Assembly (NCBI GenBank): GCA_023485845.1
Contig: JAMCZE010000007.1
Location: forward strand, 11,391-75,390
DNA length: 64,000 bases
Reading direction: 5' to 3'
Source: Patescibacteria group bacterium
Lineage (GTDB): Bacteria > Patescibacteriota > Microgenomatia > JAMCZE01
Shown here: positions 53,522-63,067 of the stretch, one piece after another
How the letters are laid out: every line of letters begins with the position of its first letter
Numbering within the stretch: position 1 is the stretch's first letter
Notes under the pieces: generated by a model
Databases searched by the model: none
Told to the model about the DNA's origin: nothing
What the model saw: the letters and a program-made list of their open reading frames with translations, nothing else
Translations under genes and position numbers: made by a program

Positions 53522-55711
53522 TGGCGGGTATTTATGGCCCGGCCGGTGGTCTATCTGCCCGCGATCATCATTGTCGCCCTCATTCTTTGTTTGTTATCTT
53601 TGGTTTGGATCTTAAAAGACCTCCCCTCGCCGGCAGATCTGACTAACCGACCTTTGGCGCAAACCACCAAAATCCTCGACCGCAACGGCAAACTGCTTTA
53701 TGACGTTTTTGTTTCCGAAAATCGGACCGTGGTTCCGCTCTCCGACATTCCTAAAAGCATGCAGCAGGCCACCATTGCCGTTGAGGACAAGAATTTTTAC
53801 ACTAACGTCGGCTTTGATTTTTTCGGCGGCTTTTTGCGGGCGGTCAAAGATATGATCGTCTATCATCAGTTGGAAGGCGGCTCGACCATCACCCAGCAGC
53901 TGATTAAAAACTCCCTGCTCACCCCGGAGCAAACCATCAGCCGAAAAATCCGAGAGTTAATTCTGGCTTTCTGGACGGACCGGATTTATTCCAAGGATCA
54001 GATTCTGGCCATGTATCTTAACCGCATTCCTTACGGCGGCACCGCCTATGGCGTCGAGGAGGCCGCCCAAATTTATTTTAATAAACACGCTAAGGATTTG
54101 GACCTAGCGCAGGCCGCCCTTTTGGCGGGGCTTCCCCAGGCGCCCACCTACTATTCTCCCTTTGGCACCGATCCCAGCCGAGCCGTTGACCGCCAGCACG
54201 AAGTCCTCCAACGCATGGCGGACGACGGCTTTATCACCCAAAGCCAGCTGCAAGCCGCCGAAAGCGAAACCCTAACGTTTGCTTCTCCGTCCGCCGGCAT
54301 TAAGGCGCCGCATTTTGTGGCCTATATCCAGGAACAACTGGTCAATAAATATGGCGAGGCCACCGTGGAACAAGGGGGGCTGAAAGTGACAACCACCCTG
54401 GATTTGGATTTGCAGGAAGCCGTCCAAGCCACTCTTTCTGCTGCCGTGGCCAAACAGGCTGCCCTCAAAGTGGGCAACGGGGCAGCGTTGGTGACCAATC
54501 CTTCCACCGGCGAAATTCTGGCGATGGTCGGCTCGAAAGATTATTTTGCCACCGATGGGGGCAAGGTGAACGTCACTCTGGCCAATCGTTCGCCCGGTTC
54601 CTCCATTAAGCCCCTAAACTACGCCTTGGGTTTTCTCAAAGGTACGACCACCCCGGCCACCCCCTGGATTGACGGGCCGTTTTGTTTCCCACCATCCGGC
54701 GGCAAGCCCTATTGTCCGACGGATTATGATAATAAATGGCACGGGGTGGCCCAAACCCGTTTTGCCCTGGGCAACTCGTTTAACGTCCCGGCTGTTAAGG
54801 AGCTAGCCGTCAACACCGTGTCCGATTTTATTGCCACCGCCAGTGCCATGGGAATCACCACTTTCACCGACCCCTCCCGTTATGGCTATTCTCTCACCCT
54901 GGGCGGGGGCGAAGTGAAAATGGTCGACATGGCCACCGCCTACAGTGTTTTTGCCAACGCCGGCCGAAAAGCGGACTTAGTTTCCATTCTTAAGGTTGAA
55001 GACGCCAACGGCAAAGTGTTGGAAGACAACACCGCTAAACTAGCCGCCTTAACCAAAGAACAGAATATTCCCTGGGACGGCTCCCGGCCTTGGATCCCCC
55101 ATGGTAACTGGATCCTACCTTCAGAGGTGACCTATTTAATCTCCCATATTCTGCTGGATGACAGCGCCCGGTCGGAAACCTTTGGCGCCGGGTCGATTTT
55201 AAATGTTCATGGGCTGCCCGTGTCCGTGAAAACCGGCACCACCGAGGACAAGCGGGACAACTGGACCATTGGCTACACCAGCGGGCAAAATAATCGGCTG
55301 GTGGCGGTTTGGGTAGGCAATAACGACAACTCGCCGATGTCCCCCTATTTGGAATCCGGCAACACCGGGGCGGCGCCCATCTGGCATGACATTATGGACT
55401 ACACTTTGCGGGCCTTAACAGTCCAGTGGCCCGCCATGCCCAGTGGTGTTGTTTTCACCCAGGTCTGCTCGCTTTCTGGACTGCTGCCCGACCACGACTG
55501 CCCCCAACGGGGGGAATATTTCATTAAGGCCTTTGCCCCGACACAAAAAGATGATGTTTGGAACCAGAAAAAAAGCATTACTGTCTTTAAGGACACCCAC
55601 AAACAGCCGGGACCAAATGACCATCCCGACCCGTCCCAGCTGACCCAAGAAGACCACATCGTTATCTCCGATCTCCTCCAAAAAGACTTCTGCGTCGACT
55701 GCCCACTATAG
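53357..55711 (+). CDS. class A penicillin-binding protein (bifunctional glycosyltransferase GT51 / transpeptidase), copy 1
   Basis: GT51 motif EDKNFYTNVGFDF. Transpeptidase SSIKP (SxxK), SFN, and KTGTT. The likely true start is MARGEKW at 53480. Confidence 0.85.
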   Translation: MCVPKLRLFLPIFEIGNRIDFHFFDRRLFLHIFTYSSIIYIMARGEKWKEELQQHWRVFMARPVVYLPAIIIVALILCLLSLVWILKDLPSPADLTNRPLAQTTKILDRNGKLLYDVFVSENRTVVPLSDIPKSMQQATIAVEDKNFYTNVGFDFFGGFLRAVKDMIVYHQLEGGSTITQQLIKNSLLTPEQTISRKIRELILAFWTDRIYSKDQILAMYLNRIPYGGTAYGVEEAAQIYFNKHAKDLDLAQAALLAGLPQAPTYYSPFGTDPSRAVDRQHEVLQRMADDGFITQSQLQAAESETLTFASPSAGIKAPHFVAYIQEQLVNKYGEATVEQGGLKVTTTLDLDLQEAVQATLSAAVAKQAALKVGNGAALVTNPSTGEILAMVGSKDYFATDGGKVNVTLANRSPGSSIKPLNYALGFLKGTTTPATPWIDGPFCFPPSGGKPYCPTDYDNKWHGVAQTRFALGNSFNVPAVKELAVNTVSDFIATASAMGITTFTDPSRYGYSLTLGGGEVKMVDMATAYSVFANAGRKADLVSILKVEDANGKVLEDNTAKLAALTKEQNIPWDGSRPWIPHGNWILPSEVTYLISHILLDDSARSETFGAGSILNVHGLPVSVKTGTTEDKRDNWTIGYTSGQNNRLVAVWVGNNDNSPMSPYLESGNTGAAPIWHDIMDYTLRALTVQWPAMPSGVVFTQVCSLSGLLPDHDCPQRGEYFIKAFAPTQKDDVWNQKKSITVFKDTHKQPGPNDHPDPSQLTQEDHIVISDLLQKDFCVDCPL

Positions 55712-55753
55712 TTTGGTCATTGACAAATAATATCCTTTGTCATAAAATAACTT

Positions 55754-56029
55754 GTGAAATATTACGACTGGAACGAAGAGAAAAATCAAAAACTAAAAAC
55801 AGAGCGTGATATTTCATTAGAGGAAATTATAAACGCGATAGAAAGCAACGGATTGCTTGATGAAATCGAGAATCCGCACAAAGAAAAGTACAAAAGTCAA
55901 AAAATGTACGTGGTAGAAATCGATAATTATATTTATCTTGTTCCGTTTGTCGAGTATGAAGAAAAGATTTTTCTAAAAACAATTTTCCCAAGCAGAAAGG
56001 CAACGAAAAAATATTTAATAGAAAAATGA
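55754..56029 (+). CDS. BrnT-like toxin (DUF497)
   Basis: YDWNEEKNQKLKTERDISLEEI ... IFPSRKATKKY matches the BrnT core pattern. Confidence 0.6.
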   Translation: MKYYDWNEEKNQKLKTERDISLEEIINAIESNGLLDEIENPHKEKYKSQKMYVVEIDNYIYLVPFVEYEEKIFLKTIFPSRKATKKYLIEK

Positions 56030-56292
56030 AATATTACGATTTAGATGAAGAGGAAAAAGAGCTCCTTGAAGCCTATGACAAGGGAGAATTCCAGTCTGTC
56101 AAGAACCTTGCGGTTGAGAAGAAACGCCTGCAGAAAATTGCCCGAGACACATTGGCCAAAATTAAAAATGTTAATTTGAGATTGTCCCAAAAGACTCTCA
56201 TTAAACTTAGGGCAAGAGCGGCTGAGGAAGGCCTGCCCTATCAAACCCTTGCCGCCTCCGTTCTCCACCGCTACGCGATGGGAAGTCTTTAA
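56026..56292 (+). CDS. BrnA-like antitoxin (CopG/RHH family)
   Basis: Overlaps the toxin stop. The C-terminal NLRLSQKTLIKLRARAAEEGLPYQTLAASVLHRYAMG is typical of BrnA-type antitoxins. Confidence 0.6.
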   Translation: MKYYDLDEEEKELLEAYDKGEFQSVKNLAVEKKRLQKIARDTLAKIKNVNLRLSQKTLIKLRARAAEEGLPYQTLAASVLHRYAMGSL

Positions 56293-56365
56293 AAGATTTT
56301 TGCGTCGACTGCCGTTGCAACATACATCACTTGACAAAATAGATGACATATGCTAGCATTGGTTA

Positions 56366-56641
56366 ATGTTAAAGATTCCGAAACAAATTTATTTTGACGA
56401 GCCGACACTAATGCTCTACAGCCAATACGCCAGGCAGCAGAATATTTCCTTTGCCGCAGCCGTCAGAAACACTCTCGCCGCCCATCCACCGAAATTAAGC
56501 CAAGTTAAGAAAACATCAATTCTGAATTTTTATGGGGCGGGAAAAAGTCCTTATAAAAGAAAGTTTTCCGCCAGGGAAGAACGGGAAATAGCTGCGAAAA
56601 TCATAGGCGAAAATGCGGCTAGAGAAGGGCTGTATGACTAA
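56366..56641 (+). CDS. VapB-like antitoxin (putative)
   Basis: 91-aa ORF overlapping the start of the downstream PIN-domain gene. Confidence 0.45.
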   Translation: MLKIPKQIYFDEPTLMLYSQYARQQNISFAAAVRNTLAAHPPKLSQVKKTSILNFYGAGKSPYKRKFSAREEREIAAKIIGENAAREGLYD

Positions 56642-57044
56642 ATATTTCGCGGACACTAATATTTTTGTCCGATACTACCTTAAAGATGACGAAAAATTAA
56701 GCCCGTTGGCACAGAAAATTATCCAAAACTGCCTTAACGGAAAATATTCCTTAGTAATTTGTGCCGTCACCCTTCTGGAAACTGTTTGGATTTTGGGGTC
56801 CTTTTATAAACAACCTAAAGATAAGCTCGTCAATTTTCTGGAAAATATTCTCGAGATCAAAAATTTAACCGTTGCTGACCAAGACCTTACGAAAACTATG
56901 TTTCTAACTTATAGGTCAACAAACGTTGATATTACCGACTCCTATTTTAGTGCCCTCATGGACCAAGAGAAAATCAAAGAAATTTTTTCTTTTGACCGAG
57001 ATTTTGACAAAATCCCCTCCATAAAGCGCCTCGAAAAACTCTAA
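56613..57044 (+). CDS. vapC: PIN-domain toxin VapC
   Basis: YFADTNIFVRYY ... SFDRDFD carries the acidic quartet positions of PIN domains. Confidence 0.7.
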   Translation: MRLEKGCMTKYFADTNIFVRYYLKDDEKLSPLAQKIIQNCLNGKYSLVICAVTLLETVWILGSFYKQPKDKLVNFLENILEIKNLTVADQDLTKTMFLTYRSTNVDITDSYFSALMDQEKIKEIFSFDRDFDKIPSIKRLEKL

Positions 57045-57143
57045 TCTTATCCTCTCATTTTGACCTCTTGCTTCCGGGAAAGTTAATTTGTAATATCCGG
57101 TTAAGCCTTGGGAAGCATTTCCTCAATTATTTTGATTTGAGAA

Positions 57144-59417
57144 ATGCCAAAGAAAAAGTATGCCAAAACATCGCGGCTAAATCCCTTGCTGTTTGCCGGC
57201 AAAATCCTCATTGCCATCGGCACACCCCCTCTGTTTGCCATTAAAATCTTAATTTGGACTGTCATTTGGCTGGCAAAAACCGGCACCGGGCTGGTCCGGG
57301 AATCATTTGATCTTTTCATTTCCGTCGGAAACTTTTTTTTCTGGCTAGCCAAAACCGTCATCACTGCGGGCAAAGATTTTTCCAAAATCACTTTTAAAAA
57401 ATCTCGGAAAATTAAAGCTCCCAAAATTAAGCTTCCGGTTCTTCCCGCCCTTCCCCATATTCCAATTCCAAATATCCGCCGCGATTATCTGTTAATTTTT
57501 CTTGGCTTCTTGTTAGCCATCCCCCTATTAGTCGTTCCTGTCTGGGCCAAAACCGAGCTGGACCAACTGCCCGACCCGACGCTTTTGTCTAACCGGGACA
57601 TTCCCGTGTCCACAAAAATCTACGACCGCAATGGGATTTTGCTTTACCAAATTTATTCCGGGGAAAACCGGACGTTAGTTGATTTAAATCAACTGCCAAA
57701 ATATGTCGCCGAGGCGACGATTGCGATTGAGGACAAAAATTTTTATCACCATCTTGGTTTTGACCCGCAGGGAATTGTCCGGGCTGCGTTTGCCAATGCC
57801 GCCGGCGCCCCCACTCAGGGTGGTTCCACTCTCACCCAACAATTAGTCAAAGATGTGCTGCTAACGCCCACAAAAACCATCTCCCGGAAAATTAAGGAAG
57901 TGATTTTGGCTTTTTGGGCAGAACGGATTTATTCCAAAGACCAAATTCTCACGATGTATTTAAATCAAGTCCCTTACGGTGGAGCGGCCTATGGCATTGA
58001 TGCCGCCGCCCAAACCTACTTTGGGAAATCGGCGAAAGATTTGGATTTGGCGCAGACCGCCCTTTTGGCTGGACTGCCGTCGGCTCCCTCGGTTTATTCC
58101 CCGTTTGGCACCCATCCGGAATTGGCCAAAGAGCGCCAACAGCAAGTTCTGGAGGCAATGGTCAACCAAAACTACATCACCCCGGCCCAAGCCGACGCGG
58201 CCGCCAACGAAGAGTTGAAATTTAACAGCCAGGAAATCAGCATTAAAGCGCCGCACTTTGTCATGTTTGTTAAGGACTATCTCGCCCAAAAATATGGTCT
58301 GTCGGCCGTGGAACGGGGCGGGCTGGAAGTGACCACTTCGTTGGACTATCCCACTTATGAAGCGGTGGCCAAAATGGTGGCCGACGGAGTGGCCGCCCAG
58401 GCTGGTCTTAATGTCCACAATGGAGCGGCCTTAGTGACTGACCCCGCCACCGGAGAAATTTTGGCCATGGTTGGTTCCACCGATTTTTTTAATCTAAAAA
58501 ACGACGGCAACGTTAATGTCACTTTGGCCAACCGCAGCCCTGGTTCCTCAATTAAGCCGTTAAATTATGCTTTGGCTTTTGAGCGGGGACTAATCACCCC
58601 GGCCACGGTGATTGATGACACCCGGACGACTTTTGCCGCTCCCGGCACCACCCCCTACACGCCGCAAAACTACGATAACCGTTTCCATGGCCCGGTGTCC
58701 GCCCGAGTGGCCCTGGCCTCTTCCTATAATGTCCCTGCGGTGAAAGTGCTCCAAAAAAACGGCGTAGATAATTTCATTGACTTCGCCCAAAAACTGGGGA
58801 TCACCACCTGGACGGACCGCAGCCGCTTTGGCCTTTCTTTGACTTTGGGCGGCGGAGAGGTGAAAATGACGGATATGGCCACCGCCTACAGTGCTTTTGC
58901 TAACGGCGGCAATCGGGTGGATTTAAAACCAGTGCTGGAAGTTAAAGACTTTCGGAGCAATGTTTTGGAAGATAACCGCGGCAATTCTAATCGAACCGCG
59001 GTTTTGTCACCGCAGACCGCCTTTTTAATTAGCAGCATTCTTTCCGACAACAGCGCTCGGACGCCAACCTTTGGACCAGCCAGCCCCTTGATTATTCCCG
59101 GCCACAGTGTCGCGGTCAAAACCGGCACCACCGAGGACAAACGGGACAACTGGACCATTGGCTACACGCCAGATTTGTTAGCCGCCGTCTGGGTAGGCAA
59201 TAACGATAATTCGCCGATGTCCCCTTATTTGGAATCCGGTAACACCGGGGCAGCAGCGATTTGGAATCCGATTATGAGTTATCTTTTAGCCAACAAGCCG
59301 GATGTTGGTTTTGCCGTCCCTGAGGGAATTGTCAGCCAACAAATCTGTGTGGCTTCGGAAAGCGCCCGGGTGGAGTACTTTCGCTCCGGCACCCAACCTG
59401 CGCCATGCAATCACTAA
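57144..59417 (+). CDS. class A penicillin-binding protein (GT51 / transpeptidase), copy 2
   Basis: EDKNFYHHLGFD, SSIKP, KTGTT. A paralog of 53357-55711 with conserved blocks (e.g. RDNWTIGYT, VWVGNNDNSPMSPYLESGNTGAA). Confidence 0.85.
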   Translation: MPKKKYAKTSRLNPLLFAGKILIAIGTPPLFAIKILIWTVIWLAKTGTGLVRESFDLFISVGNFFFWLAKTVITAGKDFSKITFKKSRKIKAPKIKLPVLPALPHIPIPNIRRDYLLIFLGFLLAIPLLVVPVWAKTELDQLPDPTLLSNRDIPVSTKIYDRNGILLYQIYSGENRTLVDLNQLPKYVAEATIAIEDKNFYHHLGFDPQGIVRAAFANAAGAPTQGGSTLTQQLVKDVLLTPTKTISRKIKEVILAFWAERIYSKDQILTMYLNQVPYGGAAYGIDAAAQTYFGKSAKDLDLAQTALLAGLPSAPSVYSPFGTHPELAKERQQQVLEAMVNQNYITPAQADAAANEELKFNSQEISIKAPHFVMFVKDYLAQKYGLSAVERGGLEVTTSLDYPTYEAVAKMVADGVAAQAGLNVHNGAALVTDPATGEILAMVGSTDFFNLKNDGNVNVTLANRSPGSSIKPLNYALAFERGLITPATVIDDTRTTFAAPGTTPYTPQNYDNRFHGPVSARVALASSYNVPAVKVLQKNGVDNFIDFAQKLGITTWTDRSRFGLSLTLGGGEVKMTDMATAYSAFANGGNRVDLKPVLEVKDFRSNVLEDNRGNSNRTAVLSPQTAFLISSILSDNSARTPTFGPASPLIIPGHSVAVKTGTTEDKRDNWTIGYTPDLLAAVWVGNNDNSPMSPYLESGNTGAAAIWNPIMSYLLANKPDVGFAVPEGIVSQQICVASESARVEYFRSGTQPAPCNH

Positions 59418-59722
59418 GCTCCCGCGGACTGAAAATTGTTATTCTCCGGCATTTTTTCCATAATCCACATTCTGATCAGTTGTGTCGGTCCTAAGCCTTT
59501 TTTTGAGGCTTGCGACCTAACGTTGTGAAGAGTCTGCGGATCCAAACGAATATTAAGGGTCGCTGATAAGTTTTTAGCAAACTTCACTTTAATCGGCTTA
59601 GCAGTAGCTCTTACTTGCTTAATATTTTTCTCCCAAAAAGCCGCTTCTTTTTCTCTATCTCTAAAAATAGACTCGTCTGGTTCTAATATCTTAAAATTGG
59701 ACATCTTGCACCTCGCTTTCAA
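59414..59722 (-). CDS. brnA: BrnA-family antitoxin
   Basis: KEAAFWEKN...GLGPTQLIRMWIMEK. Downstream of, and overlapping, the DUF497 toxin gene. Confidence 0.65.
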   Translation of the reverse strand: MKARCKMSNFKILEPDESIFRDREKEAAFWEKNIKQVRATAKPIKVKFAKNLSATLNIRLDPQTLHNVRSQASKKGLGPTQLIRMWIMEKMPENNNFQSAGA

Positions 59723-59987
59723 ATGCGGTAATTACGTAATAAATTCCTTCTTCATACGGCTGTGAATCTCTATCTTCAGATGACAATATTACAGTAACCA
59801 TTTTCCCTGATTTTGTTTTGCCATCAAGAACGATCCTTTTTCGGAAACTTTCCCCGGTTTTATATTTACCATGGCAAACTTCTTCAACTTCCTCGATGGT
59901 AATTCTATGTTTATCTAGATGCTCTCGATTCCAATCATCCCAAATGAGACCATTCACAACTACCATCTTCCGATAAGTGTAGCACAT
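59691..59987 (-). CDS. brnT: BrnT-family toxin (DUF497)
   Basis: LIWDDWNREHLDKHRITIEEVEEV matches BrnT. Confidence 0.65.
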   Translation of the reverse strand: MCYTYRKMVVVNGLIWDDWNREHLDKHRITIEEVEEVCHGKYKTGESFRKRIVLDGKTKSGKMVTVILSSEDRDSQPYEEGIYYVITAFESEVQDVQF

Positions 59988-60066
59988 TGTGACACAATGT
60001 CAAGGGGGAAATTTTAAGCGTGACGGTCGGCCACGTTAGAAGCGGCGAAGGAATCAGGCTTATTGC

Positions 60067-60984
60067 TTATTTACCATGTCTTATCTCCACTCCCAATGGC
60101 CCTTTCTTTCCCGTCTTGTCCTCCCAAATAATCCCATACTTTAATCCCATATTTATTAACACTTTTTCTTTCCAGGAAGGTTCAGCGGTCCAACCATATG
60201 CCTCTTCATCAAATATCTTTAGTATGCCATCGGGCTTGAGGACTCTGAGCGCCTCTTCAAGATAATCTCTGAAGATTGGTTCTTCCTCTTCTCCGGCGTG
60301 AGACTCGTGCCTGCCGGTATATCTGCTTACGGCCGTTATATCTAGAACCAAATCGAAAGAGCCATTCGCAAATGGCAGTGCGTGGGCAAAAGCCGCTAAC
60401 GCCCTTTGGTCATGATAGTCACCTGCTTCTTCCAATGGATATTCTTGGGGAATACCTTTAAGACGATCAACCAAACTGGCCAACACTGATTTTTTAGGAG
60501 GCTGGTATTCCTTAAGAAATTCTTTTGATAAGCCGGAAATATTTTCTTTGTAGCCAGTCAAGGATAACTTCGGTTCCAAAGAAATAATCGAGCAATCAAT
60601 GTGACGAAGATAGGCTTCCCTGGCTAAAATGCCCCTTCCTGAACCAAGATCAAGAATTTTTTTCCCTTTTAATTCATTGATTAAATCCTCCGTATTGGAA
60701 TAACCTAAACAATCGGCATAGTGATCAATACCCCCAGAGGCATCCGAAAGCCAATAAACCTGTAACTCTTTATAAATTCTTTGGAAGTCAATATCAAAGG
60801 ACTTGGCATCAGAATAACCAAAAAGCAATGGCAATTGGTCTTCGGGAACCTCCTTCCTGTCCACAAAATACTGAACTAGAGGTGGTCCCCCATGAGAATC
60901 ATATGCCACCGCCTGAGAAAATCCGTGCCTGCTTAGAACTGATCTTAAATCTAAAATTTCCGTTTCGGAATGAGTTTGCTCCAT
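60067..60984 (-). CDS. class I SAM-dependent methyltransferase
   Basis: Motif I KKILDLGSGRGILAREA. 305 aa. Confidence 0.65.
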   Translation of the reverse strand: MEQTHSETEILDLRSVLSRHGFSQAVAYDSHGGPPLVQYFVDRKEVPEDQLPLLFGYSDAKSFDIDFQRIYKELQVYWLSDASGGIDHYADCLGYSNTEDLINELKGKKILDLGSGRGILAREAYLRHIDCSIISLEPKLSLTGYKENISGLSKEFLKEYQPPKKSVLASLVDRLKGIPQEYPLEEAGDYHDQRALAAFAHALPFANGSFDLVLDITAVSRYTGRHESHAGEEEEPIFRDYLEEALRVLKPDGILKIFDEEAYGWTAEPSWKEKVLINMGLKYGIIWEDKTGKKGPLGVEIRHGK

Positions 60985-61023
60985 AATTTAATTATAGAAC
61001 TGGGCAAGCTAAAAATCCTGATT

Positions 61024-61518
61024 TTAGGTGTGCCGGTCGGCCACGTTGGAGGCGGCGAAGGAATCAGGTTTGGTTTTACAGATAAAGCCACTACCCTTAA
61101 TCATCCCGACGATCTCGTTAATCATCATCCTGGTCTCTCCACCCATGCCCACATCGACATGAATTTCCAAAAATTTTTCCAGCGGCAAGTCACGCTTTTT
61201 AAACTCCTCCAACAAACGCTGGGCTAAGGATAAGGAATAGGTAGCTTCTTCATACATCCGCTGACGCAAATCCTTAATGCCATCCTTGGTCTGCTGGCCC
61301 CAAAAATAGACGCCGCCGTGGCCGACATGATGAACAACAACGGCCGACACGAAATGAGCGGAATTTTTACCCACCAGTTCCGAATCCGTGCCAACAACAA
61401 CCCGGAAGTGTGAGTTATTCTCATTTTTGATAAATTCCAGCGTCCTTTCCGCCACGCCCGCCGAATCCATGTTGCCATGGGTCGGAGACCGAAAGCTATC
61501 AATATGGTGATCCGTCAT
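61024..61518 (-). CDS. hypothetical protein (possibly DUF458/YkuK-like)
   Basis: 164-aa ORF. Only a vague resemblance. Confidence 0.35.
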   Translation of the reverse strand: MTDHHIDSFRSPTHGNMDSAGVAERTLEFIKNENNSHFRVVVGTDSELVGKNSAHFVSAVVVHHVGHGGVYFWGQQTKDGIKDLRQRMYEEATYSLSLAQRLLEEFKKRDLPLEKFLEIHVDVGMGGETRMMINEIVGMIKGSGFICKTKPDSFAASNVADRHT

Positions 61519-61614
61519 AGACTTGCTTGGAGTATTGTTAGCCTATCACCCGCGAAGCAACAATAGTATACAATAAGCCATTAATGGTGAGCAAGTTTTT
61601 GCAGAGCGCAGCCT

Positions 61615-62181
61615 ATGCATAAATTTACGACTGATGAGTTGGTGGCGCAAAAACCGAAGGATATTCTGACCCAACCCAGAAATCCGATTATTTTTATTCT
61701 TCACAATCTGCGTTCTTTGGAAAATGTCGGTCTATTTTTTCGTCTGGCCGACGCCATCCGGGCCGAAAAAATCTATTTAACTGGCTACACCGGCTATCCA
61801 AGATTGCCCAATGACTCGCGAGAAGAAAGAATCATTGCCCACGCCGAGAGGGAAATCAATAAAACGGCAATTAAGCTAGTCCCCGCCGTTGCCTGGGAAA
61901 GCCGGGAGGATATTAGCGGATTAATAACAGATTTACGCGGATTGAAAACTCAAGTTGTTGCCGTGGAACAAACGGATTCCAGTGTTGAGTTCACTAAGGC
62001 AACCTACCATTTTCCGGTCGCTTTAATCTTCGGCCACGAACGCACCGGTATAGAAGAGGATATTCTGGAAAAATCAGACTTGATTGTGAACATTCCCATG
62101 CTGGGCCTAGGTAATTCTCACAACGTGGCCATGTCCGCCGCCATCATCAGCTACCATTTGCTTCAAAAACTCCCTGTTTGA
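61615..62181 (+). CDS. SpoU/TrmH-family RNA 2'-O-methyltransferase (SPOUT)
   Basis: NLRSLENVGLFFRLADA, IFGHERTGI and NIPMLGLGNSHNVAMSAAI are the three SpoU motifs. Confidence 0.8.
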   Translation: MHKFTTDELVAQKPKDILTQPRNPIIFILHNLRSLENVGLFFRLADAIRAEKIYLTGYTGYPRLPNDSREERIIAHAEREINKTAIKLVPAVAWESREDISGLITDLRGLKTQVVAVEQTDSSVEFTKATYHFPVALIFGHERTGIEEDILEKSDLIVNIPMLGLGNSHNVAMSAAIISYHLLQKLPV

Positions 62182-62197
62182 CAAAGTGTATATTTAA

Positions 62198-62476
62198 ATG
62201 TACACTTCAACCATGCAATATATCACCACCACCCAACTTCGCACGATGACGACGGATTTGATTGCCAGCCTGGCGGCCGGAGAAAGTGTGGAGCTGGTCC
62301 ACCGCTCGAAAATCGTCGGGGAAATAAAACCCAAAAAATTGGATCCCCGACCATTTGACCCGAATGAATTTTTTCGGATAATGAAGGGGTCAAAACTTAA
62401 AAAGTACACCACGGCCCAGATGGAGAGGAACTATCGTGAGCATATTATGAAAAAGTATGGCCAGGGTTTTTCTTGA
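62198..62476 (+). CDS. putative antitoxin (Phd/YefM- or VapB-like)
   Basis: 92-aa ORF overlapping the start of the downstream PIN gene. Confidence 0.4.
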   Translation: MYTSTMQYITTTQLRTMTTDLIASLAAGESVELVHRSKIVGEIKPKKLDPRPFDPNEFFRIMKGSKLKKYTTAQMERNYREHIMKKYGQGFS

Positions 62477-62834
62477 CACTAACTGGTATTTTGACATTGC
62501 CAAACGGGACAAAGAGAAAGTTGGGCTTTTAAAAGGACACCTGGTTTTTATTTCGACCCTTTCCACCTATATTCTCTTTTACGCGTTTAAACTTAAGGTC
62601 CCCAACGTAGAGGCCAATCAAACCCAGGAACTGCTTTTCCCCGTCGCTCTATCAAAGGAAATTCTTGATCGGGCTTTGGACGGACCGACGACTGACTTGG
62701 AAGATAATATCCAACTCCAGTCTACGACGGAATCCAGCTGTGATTATTTTTTAACTAACGACAAGAATCTTTTGAAAATGAAATTCTTCGGCAAGGCACA
62801 AATTCTCCCCGCCCTTCCCGCGGCCGGCAATTAG
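62457..62834 (+). CDS. PIN-domain protein (VapC-like toxin)
   Basis: VFLDTNWYFD ... FLTNDKNL carries the conserved Asp positions of a PIN domain. Confidence 0.55.
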   Translation: MARVFLDTNWYFDIAKRDKEKVGLLKGHLVFISTLSTYILFYAFKLKVPNVEANQTQELLFPVALSKEILDRALDGPTTDLEDNIQLQSTTESSCDYFLTNDKNLLKMKFFGKAQILPALPAAGN

Positions 62835-63067
62835 GCTAGGATCACCGCCAAAAAGAAGAGAAAGGCAGCAGCAAGGATTTGAGACAGGGCAATTAGTTTC
62901 ACAATCGGGGAAATCTTGCTATCCAGCACCTGGGTCATTAAGGAGATTTGCCGATAGACCACCAGGGCAAACACCAGGTAGAAAAGCCCGACCACACTAA
63001 AGAACAATTTGGTTAACAGCCCAAATTGCAGGACGCCCAAAATGTCGCCGACTTCACTGGGTCCCAT
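62831..63067 (-). CDS. small membrane protein
   Basis: 78 aa with two hydrophobic helices. Coupled to the upstream bPH_2 gene. Confidence 0.4.
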   Translation of the reverse strand: MGPSEVGDILGVLQFGLLTKLFFSVVGLFYLVFALVVYRQISLMTQVLDSKISPIVKLIALSQILAAAFLFFLAVILA

